A DNA stretch of 64,000 nucleotides, taken from Sedimenticola sp. (lineage in GTDB: Bacteria; Pseudomonadota; Gammaproteobacteria; Chromatiales; Chromatiaceae). Location of the stretch: NCBI GenBank assembly GCA_040505895.1, contig JBEVXU010000001.1, forward strand, positions 124,834 through 188,833, given 5' to 3'. This document shows positions 39,326 to 49,456 of this stretch, piece after piece. The notes beneath the pieces are model-generated. The model made no database searches and was not told the origin of the DNA. It saw nothing but the letters and a program-made list of their open reading frames with translations. The position numbers and the translations under genes were made by a program. Numbering within the stretch: the first letter of the stretch is position 1; every line of letters begins with the position of its first letter.

Positions 39326-39967
39326 ATGCGTTTGATTCTTCTTGGTGCCCCCGGCGCCGGCAAAGGTACCGTGGCAAAACTGCTGACCGCCATTGATGGT
39401 TCAGTTCAGATCTCCACCGGTGACATCCTGCGCGCCGCAGTCAAGGCCGGCACCGAACTCGGCATGAAGGCTAAAGCCGCCATGACCGCTGGTGAGCTGG
39501 TTTCCGATGACCTGATCATGGGCATCATGGGCGAGCGCCTGCTGGAAGACGACTGCAAGGCCGGTTTCCTGCTTGACGGTTTCCCACGCACCATTCCCCA
39601 GGCTGAAGCACTGAAAGTACTGCTGGCAAAGCTGGGCATTGAGCTGGACGGTGCAGTCAACCTGAACGTACCCCGCGAAGTGATCCTCGACCGCCTGACT
39701 ACCCGTCGTACTTGCGTCGATTGTGGCGCCATCTACAACGTCAAGTCCAACCCCCCCAAGGAAGAGGGCAAGTGTGATTCCTGCGGCGGTGCCGTAGTAC
39801 AGCGTGACGACGAGACCGAAGAGGCGATTTCCAAGCGTCTCGACGTATTCAACGAGCAGACTGCACCACTGGTCGGCTTCTATGAAGGCGAAGGCATGCT
39901 GATAGACGTCAACGCCACTTCAAGTGACGCTGTTGTTGCTACTATCCAGGGGAAGCTGGCCGGTTAA
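39326..39967 (+). CDS. adk: Adenylate kinase with a 4-Cys (zinc-type) LID
   Basis: P-loop GAPGAGKGT. The LID reads CVDCGAIYNVKSNPPKEEGKCDSCGG. Confidence 0.9.
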   Translation: MRLILLGAPGAGKGTVAKLLTAIDGSVQISTGDILRAAVKAGTELGMKAKAAMTAGELVSDDLIMGIMGERLLEDDCKAGFLLDGFPRTIPQAEALKVLLAKLGIELDGAVNLNVPREVILDRLTTRRTCVDCGAIYNVKSNPPKEEGKCDSCGGAVVQRDDETEEAISKRLDVFNEQTAPLVGFYEGEGMLIDVNATSSDAVVATIQGKLAG

Positions 39968-39995
39968 TCCGACCTTTTCGACTGTATAAAAAGGA

Positions 39996-40030
39996 AAGGG
40001 TGTGGGACTTTGTCCCGCACCCTTTTTTTA
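39996..40030 (+). terminator. Rho-independent terminator after adk
   Basis: AAGGGTGTGGGAC-TTTG-TCCCGCACCCTT followed by TTTTTA. Confidence 0.7.
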
Positions 40031-40300
40031 TGAATGGTGGATTGGCATGTCAGCGGTGGCTACAGAATTGCACTTTTACCCCCTCTCCCCACCGGGGAGA
40101 TGCCTACATGGATGGATGTAGGTAGTAGAGCAATGCAGGAGCAGCTTGCCGAGGGCTAGGGTGAGGGGAATAAATAGGTAACTTATTGATTTAATACACC
40201 CTCATCCTAACCTTTTCCCTCGTAGGGAGAAGGGACTGGAGCTTTTTACAGCACTCTCTCATAGTAAGAGACGCTCGGGCTTTTCAGCACACTTACAGCA

Positions 40301-41335
40301 CTAAATCGCCGGCAACTCTTCCATTGGCCAGCGCGGCCTGGCACCGAACCGTAGCGGCTCCTGTTGCCCCACCCTTAGCCGCTGCCAACCAGCATAGGCG
40401 ATCATGGCACCGTTATCGGTGCAGAACTCCGGCCGAGGGTAGTAGGCCTGCCCCCCCTCCTTCTCCATCATCAGCTGAATACGTTCACGCAGATGGCGGT
40501 TGGCACTGACACCACCGGCCAGCACCAGCGTCTTGGCACCACTGGCCCGCACCGCTCTGCGGCACTTGATCATCAGCGTATCGACCACGGCATCTTCAAA
40601 GGCGCGGGCAATATCGGCACGGGTCTGCTCTCTCACGGCATCATCGAGCGATCCACCCAGCTCCTTCTGCATGGTGTTGAGGGCAAAGGTCTTGAGGCCG
40701 CTAAAGCTGAAATCGAGACCCGGACGATCGGTCATCGGCCGGGGAAAACGATAGCGCCCCGGATCACCCTCAGCCGCCAGGCGGGCCAGTTCAGGGCCTC
40801 CGGGATAGGGTAGACCAAGCAGTTTTGCCGTCTTATCGAAAGCTTCACCGGCGGCATCATCGAGAGACTCACCCAGCAGCCGGTATTGGCCCACCCCCTT
40901 CACCTCCACCAGTTGGGTATGACCACCGGAGACCAGCAGCGCCACAAACGGAAATTCCGGCCCATTCTCCTCCAGCATCGGCGCCAGCAGATGCCCTTCC
41001 ATATGATGTACCCCAAGCGCCGGCACACCCCAGGCCCAGGCCATACTTCGGCCAATCGCCGCCCCCACCAGCAGCGCCCCGACCAAGCCGGGACCACAGG
41101 TGTAAGCAACACCATCAATATCACTCTTCTTAAGACCTGTCTGCTCCAGCACACCATGGATCAGTGGCAGTGTTTTACGCACATGGTCTCTGGAGGCGAG
41201 TTCAGGCACCACCCCACCATACTCTGCATGGACATCGGTCTGACTGTGAACAAGATGGCCCAACAACCCACGCTCACTCTCAAATACAGCCACACCAGTC
41301 TCATCACATGAGGTCTCAATCCCCAGTACCCGCAT
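40301..41335 (-). CDS. tsaD: tRNA N6-adenosine threonylcarbamoyltransferase
   Basis: [17 protein letters not shown]...[10 protein letters not shown]. It is divergent from rpsU, as in E. coli. Confidence 0.95.
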   Translation of the reverse strand: MRVLGIETSCDETGVAVFESERGLLGHLVHSQTDVHAEYGGVVPELASRDHVRKTLPLIHGVLEQTGLKKSDIDGVAYTCGPGLVGALLVGAAIGRSMAWAWGVPALGVHHMEGHLLAPMLEENGPEFPFVALLVSGGHTQLVEVKGVGQYRLLGESLDDAAGEAFDKTAKLLGLPYPGGPELARLAAEGDPGRYRFPRPMTDRPGLDFSFSGLKTFALNTMQKELGGSLDDAVREQTRADIARAFEDAVVDTLMIKCRRAVRASGAKTLVLAGGVSANRHLRERIQLMMEKEGGQAYYPRPEFCTDNGAMIAYAGWQRLRVGQQEPLRFGARPRWPMEELPAI

Positions 41336-41442
41336 ATCTCCGCCTAAGCCTTCCTGAATAGTTTCATATTTAAGTAAATTACAATCGACTATAATAACAC
41401 CCCGGTGAAGTCACCGCGCTGAACATGACAGGTAAATACTTT

Positions 41443-41471
41443 TTGCAAATTGCACGGGCCGAGAGTAGAAT
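41443..41471 (+). promoter_or_regulatory. Candidate sigma-70 promoter for rpsU-dnaG-rpoD
   Basis: TTGCAA, 17 nt, then TAGAAT, about 55 nt upstream of the rpsU ATG. Confidence 0.45.
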
Positions 41472-41524
41472 TCGCGCTCTTACGCTCCAAGTAACCTGAT
41501 TTAAACGATTTTTTGGGACAACAA

Positions 41525-41740
41525 ATGCCTAACGTACGTGTAAAAGAAAACGAGCCCTTCGAAGTTGCTCTGCGTCGCTTCAAACGCGGTTGTGAGAAGG
41601 CCGGCATCCTCGCCGAAGTGCGTCGCCGCGAATTTTATGAAAAGCCGACCACCGAGCGCAAACGCAAAGCCGCTGCGGCCGTCAAGCGCCACCAGAAGAA
41701 AGTCTCCCGCGAGAGCCGTCGCTGGGAACGCCAGTACTGA
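41525..41740 (+). CDS. rpsU: 30S ribosomal protein S21
   Basis: [48 protein letters not shown]. Confidence 0.95.
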   Translation: MPNVRVKENEPFEVALRRFKRGCEKAGILAEVRRREFYEKPTTERKRKAAAAVKRHQKKVSRESRRWERQY

Positions 41741-41777
41741 TACACCTCCCACCCCACCGGGCCGGACGAGAAAACCA

Positions 41778-42221
41778 ATGCTGAAAGCCACTATATACAG
41801 TGACATGAAGGCCGCTATGAAAGGAGGCGAAAAACGCCGCCTTGGCGTAATTCGCCTGTTGATGGCCGCCATCAAACAGCGTGAGGTGGACGAACGGATC
41901 GAACTCGACGACCAGCAGATCCTGGTGGTTCTCGACAAGATGGTGAAACAGCGTCGCGACTCCATCAGCCAGTTTGAGCAGGCGGGGCGTGATGATTTGG
42001 CCGAGCAGGAGGCTTACGAGATCGAGGTCTTGAAAGCTTACATGCCCGAGGCGCTGAGTGAGGAGGATATCACCTCCATGATCAGCGAAGCGATCAGCTC
42101 GACCGGTGCCGAGTCCATGCGTGACATGGGTAAAGTGATGGGACAGCTGAAACCGAAGATGCAGGGACGTGCCGACATGGGCGCCGTCAGCGCACAGATC
42201 AAGCAGCAACTTAGCAGCTGA
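41778..42221 (+). CDS. yqeY: GatB/YqeY-domain protein
   Basis: MLKATIYSDMKAAMKGGEKRRLGVIRLLMAAIKQREVDE. The internal start was chosen because the track's N-terminal extension overlaps rpsU out of frame. Confidence 0.85.
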   Translation: MLKATIYSDMKAAMKGGEKRRLGVIRLLMAAIKQREVDERIELDDQQILVVLDKMVKQRRDSISQFEQAGRDDLAEQEAYEIEVLKAYMPEALSEEDITSMISEAISSTGAESMRDMGKVMGQLKPKMQGRADMGAVSAQIKQQLSS

Positions 42222-42358
42222 TCGACAAACACTTGGTAAAAGCTCCGTTGGCTCAGGCTTCCGGAGCTTTTTCTGTTTATGCGCCTCCACTGATGCCACA
42301 AGCACCCTGCAGGTAGTTCGTTACACCACACCAACCAGCGGTTAAACTCTACGGCACT

Positions 42359-44119
42359 ATGGCCGGAAAAATCCCTCACCACTTCATTGATGAACTGCTG
42401 AACCGGGTCGATATCGTCGATCTCATCAACGGCCGCGTCCCTTTGAAAAAGGCAGGTAAGGATTACCAGGCCTGCTGCCCTTTTCATGACGAAAAAACCC
42501 CCTCCTTCAGTGTCAGTCGAGAGAAACAGTTCTACTACTGCTTTGGCTGCGGCGCCCACGGCAACGCCGTCGGTTTTCTCATGGAGTACGACAACCTCGG
42601 ATTCGTCGATGCCGTTGAAGAGCTGGCGGCACGGGAAGGTGTGGATGTTCCCAGAGAGGCCGGCGGCCAGAGCAGCGGCCCCGACTTTCGCCCCCTTTAC
42701 GAAACACTGGAGCAATCAGCCCTCTTTTATCAACAGCAACTGCGCCATCACGCCCAGGCGAGTGCAGCGGTGGACTACCTCAAGCAGCGCGGGCTGAGCG
42801 GGAAGATTGCCGCCGAATTCGGCATTGGCTTTGCTCCACCCGGCTGGAGCAACCTGCTGGACAACCTTGGCAGTGAAAACCTAAAGCGACTGGAGACTAC
42901 CGGCATGCTCTCACAGTCTGAAAACGGCAAGCAGTATGATCGTTTTCGTGAGCGTATCATGTTCCCCATCCGTAACCACCGCGGACAGACCATCGCCTTT
43001 GGCGGCCGTATTCTCGGCGACGGAAAACCCAAGTACCTCAATTCACCTGAAACCCCGGTATTTCACAAAGGCAGGGAGCTCTATGGCCTCTACGAAGCAC
43101 GCAAGGCACTGCGCAAAATAGAGCGACTGATGGTAGTAGAAGGGTATATGGATGTGGTCGCCCTGGCTCAGTTCGGCATACGCTTCACTGTCGCCACACT
43201 CGGCACTGCCACCACCCCGGATCATCTGGACCGCCTCTACCGGACCACCTCAGAGGTGATCTTCTGCTTTGATGGGGATCGTGCCGGTCGTGATGCCGGT
43301 TGGAAGGCACTGGAGACTTCACTGCCTCACATGCGCGATGGACGCGAGGCACGCTTTCTCTTCCTACCCGACGGCGAAGACCCCGACAGCCTGATTCGCC
43401 GTGAGGGGGTGGAACGTTTTCAGCAAAGGATATCTGAGGCCAGCCCCCTTTCAGACTTTCTCTTCAACAAACTGATGGAGCAGGTCGACATGAACTCACT
43501 GGCCGGCAAGGCACGCCTAGTGGAACTAGCCAAGCCACTACTGGCAAAACTGCCTGGCGGGCTGCTCGGCGGGATGATGCGCAACCGCCTCGGAGAGCTG
43601 GTGGGTGTAGATGCCGACAGGCTTACAGACAGATCCTCAACCGGTCAGCTGCCGCAGCGCCCGGCGAAGCGCCGACAGAAAGGCGCTCAACAGACGGTGT
43701 CACCGGCACGTCTGACTATCGCTCTGCTGCTGAGACGCCCGGAACTGGCCACTCTCGAGCAACTTCCGTTGGCCTGCCTGCAATCAGAGGCACCAGGGAT
43801 GGATTTATTGTGTCAGCTCCTTGATTTACTGAGAAACCAGCCTAATCTTAAGCCATACCAAATTATCGAGCGTTGGCGCGGAGCGCCGGAATTCCCACAC
43901 CTGGAAAAACTGTGGCGCTTAGCCGAGGAGCTTCCACTCCCCGACGAAGGACTGGAAGACGAATTCAGAGGCGCCCTGCAACGTTTAAACGAGCAGCAGC
44001 GCGAACAGGAGACCACGAGGTTGCTTGCAAAAGTAAGTGCAGGAGAGGCCTCGGAGAGTGAGCGGCAGCTGCTGACACAACTTCTTTCCACAAAAAGTGT
44101 GAAGCAGTCTGAAAACTAG
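42359..44119 (+). CDS. dnaG: DNA primase
   Basis: Zinc ribbon CCPFHDEKTPSFSVSREKQFYYCFGCGAHGN and TOPRIM EGYMDVVAL...DGDRAG. Confidence 0.95.
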   Translation: MAGKIPHHFIDELLNRVDIVDLINGRVPLKKAGKDYQACCPFHDEKTPSFSVSREKQFYYCFGCGAHGNAVGFLMEYDNLGFVDAVEELAAREGVDVPREAGGQSSGPDFRPLYETLEQSALFYQQQLRHHAQASAAVDYLKQRGLSGKIAAEFGIGFAPPGWSNLLDNLGSENLKRLETTGMLSQSENGKQYDRFRERIMFPIRNHRGQTIAFGGRILGDGKPKYLNSPETPVFHKGRELYGLYEARKALRKIERLMVVEGYMDVVALAQFGIRFTVATLGTATTPDHLDRLYRTTSEVIFCFDGDRAGRDAGWKALETSLPHMRDGREARFLFLPDGEDPDSLIRREGVERFQQRISEASPLSDFLFNKLMEQVDMNSLAGKARLVELAKPLLAKLPGGLLGGMMRNRLGELVGVDADRLTDRSSTGQLPQRPAKRRQKGAQQTVSPARLTIALLLRRPELATLEQLPLACLQSEAPGMDLLCQLLDLLRNQPNLKPYQIIERWRGAPEFPHLEKLWRLAEELPLPDEGLEDEFRGALQRLNEQQREQETTRLLAKVSAGEASESERQLLTQLLSTKSVKQSEN

Positions 44120-44207
44120 CATGGTGATGGCGTTAATTCGCCTAATTATGCTATACTTGCGCGTTCACCCTTGTGCGGCTCCGCTTACATAATCTCGAAG
44201 ACAAGAC

Positions 44208-46019
44208 ATGGATCAGGAACAGCAGCAATCCCAACTCAAACAACTGATCGCAAAAGGTAAGGAGCAAGGCTACCTTACCTATGCGGAAGTCAATGACCAT
44301 CTCCCCGACAGCATTGTTGAACCGGAACAGATCGAAGACATCATTCGCATGATCAACGATATGGGTATCCAGGTGCACGAGGCTGCGCCGGATGCCGATG
44401 ACCAGGTAATGACCGATACCGCCGTCACCACTGACGATGATGCCGCCGAAGCCGCTGCTGCAGCGCTCGCCACCGTCGACAGTGAGTTTGGCCGCACCAC
44501 CGACCCAGTCCGTATGTATATGCGCGAGATGGGCACCGTGGAACTGCTCACCCGCGCCGGCGAACTTAAAATCGCCAAGCGTATCGAAGAGGGACAGGCC
44601 CAGGTATTAACCGCCCTTGCCACCTTCCCCGATACCATCGTACATATCCTCGAGAAGTTTGCTCTGCTTAAGAGCGAAGATATCCGGATTTCTGATGTTA
44701 TCGCCGGCTTCGCCCATCCCGAGGTCGACATTCCCGTCCCTCCTCCCCCACCATCCGCAAATAAAGACGATGACGAAGAGGAAGAGATAGATACCGGTCC
44801 CGATCCTATTGAGGTCGCAGAAAAAGCAGCCGACATCGGCAAACATTACAAAGCAACGATCAAGGCCCTTGAGAAGTACGGCCGCGAAGACAGCAAGACC
44901 CATAAGGCCCAGGAGAAACTGACCGAAGCATTTATGGAGTTCCGTTACATTCCCGCTTTGGTCATTGCCATCAATGGCAACCTGCGCGCCTCGATTGCTT
45001 TCATCCGCGCCCAAGAGCGGAACATCATGGACTTCTGCATCACCCAGGCCCGCATGCCGCGCAAGGAGTTCATCACCTCCTTCCCCGACAGCGAAACCGA
45101 CCTTGGTTGGATCGATAGACAGGTCAAGGCAGGCAAAGGCTACTCAGATGCACTGAGCGAGGTCTCCGCCGACGTAGTCCGCTGCCAGAAGCGACTGATT
45201 GAACTGGAGTCCAAAACCCAGCTTCACATCAGTGACATCAAAGAGATCAACCGCAAGATGTCCATCGGCGAAGCCAAGGCACGCCGGGCAAAGAAAGAGA
45301 TGGTCGAAGCCAACCTTCGACTGGTAATCTCCATCGCCAAAAAATACACCAATCGTGGCCTGCAGTTCCTCGACCTGATCCAGGAAGGCAACATCGGCCT
45401 GATGAAAGCGGTAGACAAATTCGAGTACCGTCGTGGTTACAAATTCTCCACCTACGCTACATGGTGGATTCGCCAGGCGATCACCCGCTCCATCGCCGAT
45501 CAGGCACGTACCATCCGTATTCCGGTACACATGATAGAGACCATCAACAAGCTCAACCGCATCTCCCGCCAGATGGTTCAGGAGATGGGCCGCGAGGCGA
45601 CACCGGAAGAGCTGGCCGAGCGCATGGACATGCCGGAAGACAAGGTACGCAAGGTACTGAAGATCGCCAAAGAGCCGATCTCCATGGAGACCCCCATCGG
45701 CGACGACGAAGACTCCCATCTGGGCGACTTCATCGAAGATGCAGGCGTTGTATCCCCCATCGAATCGGCCACCGCCGAAGGGTTGGGCGAAGCGACACAG
45801 CAGATGCTCTCGGGCCTCACCTCCCGTGAAGCAAAAGTACTGCGTATGCGCTTCGGTATCGACATGAACACCGACCACACCCTGGAAGAGGTCGGTAAAC
45901 AGTTCGACGTCACCCGTGAGCGTATCCGCCAGATCGAAGCCAAGGCCCTAAGAAAGTTGCGTCACCCCTCTCGTTCGGAGAAAATGCGTAGCTTCCTGGA
46001 CGGTGACTCCTCACAGTAG
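44208..46019 (+). CDS. rpoD: RNA polymerase sigma-70
   Basis: The acidic region, region 2.4 ([29 protein letters not shown]) and region 4.2 are all present. Confidence 0.97.
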   Translation: MDQEQQQSQLKQLIAKGKEQGYLTYAEVNDHLPDSIVEPEQIEDIIRMINDMGIQVHEAAPDADDQVMTDTAVTTDDDAAEAAAAALATVDSEFGRTTDPVRMYMREMGTVELLTRAGELKIAKRIEEGQAQVLTALATFPDTIVHILEKFALLKSEDIRISDVIAGFAHPEVDIPVPPPPPSANKDDDEEEEIDTGPDPIEVAEKAADIGKHYKATIKALEKYGREDSKTHKAQEKLTEAFMEFRYIPALVIAINGNLRASIAFIRAQERNIMDFCITQARMPRKEFITSFPDSETDLGWIDRQVKAGKGYSDALSEVSADVVRCQKRLIELESKTQLHISDIKEINRKMSIGEAKARRAKKEMVEANLRLVISIAKKYTNRGLQFLDLIQEGNIGLMKAVDKFEYRRGYKFSTYATWWIRQAITRSIADQARTIRIPVHMIETINKLNRISRQMVQEMGREATPEELAERMDMPEDKVRKVLKIAKEPISMETPIGDDEDSHLGDFIEDAGVVSPIESATAEGLGEATQQMLSGLTSREAKVLRMRFGIDMNTDHTLEEVGKQFDVTRERIRQIEAKALRKLRHPSRSEKMRSFLDGDSSQ

Positions 46020-46034
46020 CCACCAGCAGTTTCC

Positions 46035-46111
46035 GGGCCTATAGCTCAGTTGGTTAGAGCAGTGGACTCATAATCCATTGGTCCTAGGTTCGAGTCCTAG
46101 TAGGCCCACCA
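46035..46111 (+). tRNA. tRNA with anticodon CAU (elongator Met, or more likely Ile2/lysidine type)
   Basis: Folded by hand. Acceptor GGGCCTA/TAGGCCC, anticodon stem GTGGA/TCCAT with loop CTCATAA, T-arm CTAGG-TTCGAGT-CCTAG, and 3' ACCA. It resembles E. coli ileX, which also lies downstream of rpoD (from memory). Confidence 0.9.
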
Positions 46112-46117
46112 TAAATA

Positions 46118-46154
46118 AAAAAGCACTTACTGAATTTCGGTAGGTGCTTTTTTA
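46118..46154 (+). terminator. Rho-independent terminator after the tRNA
   Basis: AAAAGCACTTAC-loop-GTAGGTGCTTTT followed by a T-run. Confidence 0.7.
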
Positions 46155-46186
46155 TTACATGGAAGCAATCTGCCAATAAATCCATA

Positions 46187-46233
46187 CCATTCATAATCGG
46201 TAGATCAGCGGTTCAATTCTGCTCATTGGCTCG
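46187..46233 (+). pseudogene. Orphan 3' half of a second, divergent CAU-anticodon tRNA
   Basis: TTCATAATCGGTAGATCAGCGGTTCAATTCTGCTCATTGGCT is in the same register as the intact tRNA from the anticodon loop onward. The T-arm AGCGG-TTCAATT-CTGCT is intact. There is no 5' half and no CCA. Confidence 0.6.
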
Positions 46234-46530
46234 ATATTTTCAATGAGTTACGCACATTCCTCTTTTTCGGAATTTTTTGTATAGACAGGCGAGAAAAGGG
46301 AAGTTCACGCAATAATAGACCCCCAATGATTTGTACGTAATAATCCCTTGGAGCCCTAGGAATAAAAACTAAGTACAAAGTGGCAACAAATCGCCAGGGA
46401 AGTAATATCGTGTTAACCCAATTTGCATTAATCAGCTCTCCAGCTATAATCACCACCAACAAAACCCGCCAAGGCTATGCTGCTTGCAGTATCCTCAAAC
46501 CGGCGGGTTACTTCTTTCTGGGGAGAAAAA

Positions 46531-47424
46531 ATGCATTTTAATAAACCTCCCAGAAGCTTCCAGGAGCAGGTAAAAATTCTCGAATCTCGCGGTATGGTAA
46601 TTCCTGACCATGCCAACGCTGCTTACTACCTCAGCCACCTCAATTACTACCGCCTTAGGGGCTATTGGCTACCATTAGAGGCAGATCAGAAAAACCACCA
46701 GTTCAAACCAGGCACAACTTTTGAGGAAGCGCTGAACCTCTACATCTTTGACCGGGAACTACGTTTGCTAGTGATGGATGCCATCGAGCGAATAGAGGTT
46801 TCTCTGCGGACCCAATGGGCCTACCACCTAGCCCAGGACCACGGTCCCCATGCCTACATGGACCCAGCCCTATGTAAAAACCCACACTGGCATGAACGCA
46901 ACCTACAATCCCTCAATAAAGAGCTCCAGCGCACAGATGAGGTTTTCATCAGCCACTACAACAGCACCTATACCACACCGGCTACCCCGCCAGTCTGGGT
47001 TGTATGTGAAGTCATGTCCCTAGGACTGCTCTCCCGCTGGTGTAAAAGTCTACGCCCAGCAGATACCAGAGCCGCCATAGCCAAGACATATAATCTTCCA
47101 GATCGGGTACTGGTTAGCTTTATTGAGCACATGGCCTACATAAGAAACATCTGCGCCCACCACAATCGTCTTTGGAATAGGCGGATGACCAAAACCATGG
47201 AGCTTCCACGCACAAAACCCCGTGGATTAAGTGAGAACTTTGATCATACTCAGACCAGAAAGCTCTATAACACCCTGGTCATGACCGCCTACTTGATGGA
47301 TCTCATCAGCCCTGGGAATCATTGGAAAACACGTCTATTTGGCTTGATCGCAGAGCACCAGATTGAACCCCAGGCCATGGGCTTCCCTGCAGATTGGAAA
47401 AACCGCCCTATCTGGCAAATATAA
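46531..47424 (+). CDS. Abi_2 (AbiD/AbiF-like) abortive-infection family protein
   Basis: [16 protein letters not shown]...[62 protein letters not shown] and [16 protein letters not shown]. The start has GGGGAG 6 nt upstream. Confidence 0.85.
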   Translation: MHFNKPPRSFQEQVKILESRGMVIPDHANAAYYLSHLNYYRLRGYWLPLEADQKNHQFKPGTTFEEALNLYIFDRELRLLVMDAIERIEVSLRTQWAYHLAQDHGPHAYMDPALCKNPHWHERNLQSLNKELQRTDEVFISHYNSTYTTPATPPVWVVCEVMSLGLLSRWCKSLRPADTRAAIAKTYNLPDRVLVSFIEHMAYIRNICAHHNRLWNRRMTKTMELPRTKPRGLSENFDHTQTRKLYNTLVMTAYLMDLISPGNHWKTRLFGLIAEHQIEPQAMGFPADWKNRPIWQI

Positions 47425-47440
47425 TAAAAATGAAATAATC

Positions 47441-47579
47441 GGGGACAGACCCGAATGGCACTAAGTTAAGGGGGTTTATTATCTGATCTATCAACGCCTA
47501 GCCCTTATTCTAAGCGGAATTGGCTGCTGTAGATTTTATGTGAAAAGGGCTTAACTTAGTGCCATTCGGGTCTGCCCCC
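47441..47579. mobile_element. MITE-like element, family 4, copy 1
   Basis: About 29-bp near-perfect TIRs GGGGACAGACCCGAATGGCACTAAGTTAAG ... CTTAACTTAGTGCCATTCGGGTCTGCCCC. Confidence 0.8.
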
Positions 47580-47606
47580 TATTACGCTGTTAGCTCCACT
47601 ATATAG

Positions 47607-48299
47607 TTAACTCCTACCAAATATCGGATCAGTCGATGAGATCTCAAATGTACCGGTTTTGAGCTCTTCAACCAAAAGAGACTGCCTGCGCACACTAAGG
47701 GGAAGACTGTTACACCTAGCTGCATTCTCAATTCCGATCATACCAATTACCCACTCTAGATCTTCTTGCATGACGCGCATTCTGCCATAGAACAGAGCTT
47801 TGAAAATGGCCTCAGACAGATTCTCATGTGCTACCCTCCCTAGGCTACTCGCCATCATAAATAGCGTCACAGAGTTTATTGGAGATATATCAAGATACCT
47901 CTCCCTACAAATTCGGTTTGCCTTTCTCTCGTCAATAATGGGTATCGCATTCTCAGTTGCACAATAGGCGAGCGTTGCAGCCTCACCGTCGTCAAGCGTT
48001 GATAAAGATGCCCCGGAAACCATACCCTCAAATTCCTTCCAACCATCCGGATTTAGAGTAACGCACTTGATAACTTTCTGTTCAATGAGAGACTTTAGTA
48101 CATCACCATCTATACAACCGTTGCTTGCACCCCTCTCAAGCTCTGAAATAATCACATCAGCCACATAGAAAGGCCGAGCAATCAATTGAAGCAATTCTCT
48201 ATAAAAACCGCTTGCTACTATGTTGATAATGACGCTAGCGTCTGCCACCAGCGGAATATCTTGGTCAACCCTAGAGTGATGGTGCATCGTCTGCGTCAC
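47607..48299 (-). CDS. PIN-like nuclease domain protein with a C-terminal extension of about 80 aa (gene 4 of the island operon)
   Basis: The acidic residues follow PIN order: LVADASVIINI, ISELERG, LDDGEAATLAYC and IPIIDERKANRI. 29-nt overlap with the upstream gene. Confidence 0.65.
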   Translation of the reverse strand: MTQTMHHHSRVDQDIPLVADASVIINIVASGFYRELLQLIARPFYVADVIISELERGASNGCIDGDVLKSLIEQKVIKCVTLNPDGWKEFEGMVSGASLSTLDDGEAATLAYCATENAIPIIDERKANRICRERYLDISPINSVTLFMMASSLGRVAHENLSEAIFKALFYGRMRVMQEDLEWVIGMIGIENAARCNSLPLSVRRQSLLVEELKTGTFEISSTDPIFGRS

Positions 48300-49449
48300 T
48301 CCAATCTAGATCATAAGAATCTATAATTTCACGTAAATCACCGCGACTTATGTCTAAAAGGTGAGCTAGCTGACCCTCGCTTAACAAGCCTTGACTCCAT
48401 GCTTGGCAAACTAAAGAGTTGAGCCTATACGTTGTTGGCTTCTCTGAAACAGCTTGGTCCCTGTTAGGGACCGCCATTTCACCCAAGACTTCTAAAGCTT
48501 GTTTGTCAGTGATACCACCATTCATTCCGAACCAATCCCAAGTCCCCTTCGCTACAGCCCCAAGATGCTCACATCTACGAACCATAGCTTCTCTAGACAC
48601 ACCAAAAGTATGTGACAGGATTATTATGTGCCTTCGAGTGAACTGAGTAGATCCAGCAGTAACCTCTTTGAACTTACCCAATATAGCCCTAGAAGGCATC
48701 AAAAAAGCATTCGCAAATGCTATCGCATACCTCTCCTCGCGTGACTTTACAGGATCGCTTTCACAAAGCACCTCAGGCATTCTTCGAGTAGCAATAAAGT
48801 GCCCCAGTTCATGAGCAGCAGTATTCTTTCTTCGATCTTTTGGGTGATTCCCATTTAGTAAGATACAAGCCCCTAGTGATTCTTCATAAGCAAACAAGCC
48901 AGAAATACCACTATCCATTTTTTTAATATAAACACGAACTCCCAAATCAAGCTCTAAGATACTTATAATATCAAGCACGGGACTGTTTGAAAGACCTAAC
49001 CATTGCCTTAGCTCGTTAGCATCTTGCTCTGCTTGTTGAACTACATCACCGGAAAGCAGAGGTCTCTCAGGTGGGTAATTTCTAGTACGCTGTACACCCA
49101 ACAGATTTTCAAGCTCGACTTCAGCTTTAACAAAATGAGATAAAATTGAGGCCGCTTCCTCACTCAACTTTTCGTTTGAATTAAAGTGACGTCTGAATCT
49201 CGGTACAAGATCAACGTGCAATGCTTCTTTTCGGAGTAAAGAATTAACAGTAGTGCCATAGAGACGCGCAAACTCTCTAAGCTCTTCAATCTTCACCCTC
49301 CTTTGTCCTTTTTCAATGGCAACGAGAGTGGTTCGAGCTACCCCAACATCTTTCGCCGCATGGGCTTGAGTTATAGACGCATCCTCCCTTGCCATCCTCA
49401 GCCGATTACCCAGCTCACTAGCACCTATTTCATCGTGCAATCTCTGCAT
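48271..49449 (-). CDS. XRE-family HTH fused to an ImmA/IrrE (COG2856) zinc metallopeptidase (gene 3)
   Basis: HTH LRMAREDASITQAHAAKDVGVARTTLVAIEKGQRRVKIEEL. HEXXH motif in NTAAHELGHFIATRR, followed by ERYAIAFANAFLMP. Confidence 0.8.
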   Translation of the reverse strand: MQRLHDEIGASELGNRLRMAREDASITQAHAAKDVGVARTTLVAIEKGQRRVKIEELREFARLYGTTVNSLLRKEALHVDLVPRFRRHFNSNEKLSEEAASILSHFVKAEVELENLLGVQRTRNYPPERPLLSGDVVQQAEQDANELRQWLGLSNSPVLDIISILELDLGVRVYIKKMDSGISGLFAYEESLGACILLNGNHPKDRRKNTAAHELGHFIATRRMPEVLCESDPVKSREERYAIAFANAFLMPSRAILGKFKEVTAGSTQFTRRHIIILSHTFGVSREAMVRRCEHLGAVAKGTWDWFGMNGGITDKQALEVLGEMAVPNRDQAVSEKPTTYRLNSLVCQAWSQGLLSEGQLAHLLDISRGDLREIIDSYDLDWSDADDAPSL

Positions 49450-49456
49450 CGTATTT

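Noticed and set aside
40324-41361. Cluster of Pro/Arg/His-rich ORFs opposite or overlapping tsaD
   Set aside because: These are shadow ORFs of the conserved tsaD frame.
41565-41777. Long N-terminal extension of the GatB/YqeY-domain ORF, overlapping rpsU
   Set aside because: It is out of frame with and overlaps the highly conserved rpsU. The extension is Arg/Pro/Ala-rich, low-complexity translation of the S21 coding region. The conserved YqeY start is MLKATIY.
44279-45878. Several 120-244-aa ORFs antisense to or out of frame with rpoD (44279-44842, 44607-45014, 45144-45878, 45461-45829)
   Set aside because: They lie entirely within the unambiguous rpoD frame. Their low-complexity or odd composition is typical of shadow ORFs in GC-rich coding DNA.
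46223-46462. 79-aa hydrophobic minus-strand ORF between the tRNA scar and the Abi gene
   Set aside because: It has no SD and no recognisable motif, and its 3' end overlaps the tRNA-fragment region (46223-46233). It is most likely a chance ORF in AT-rich DNA.
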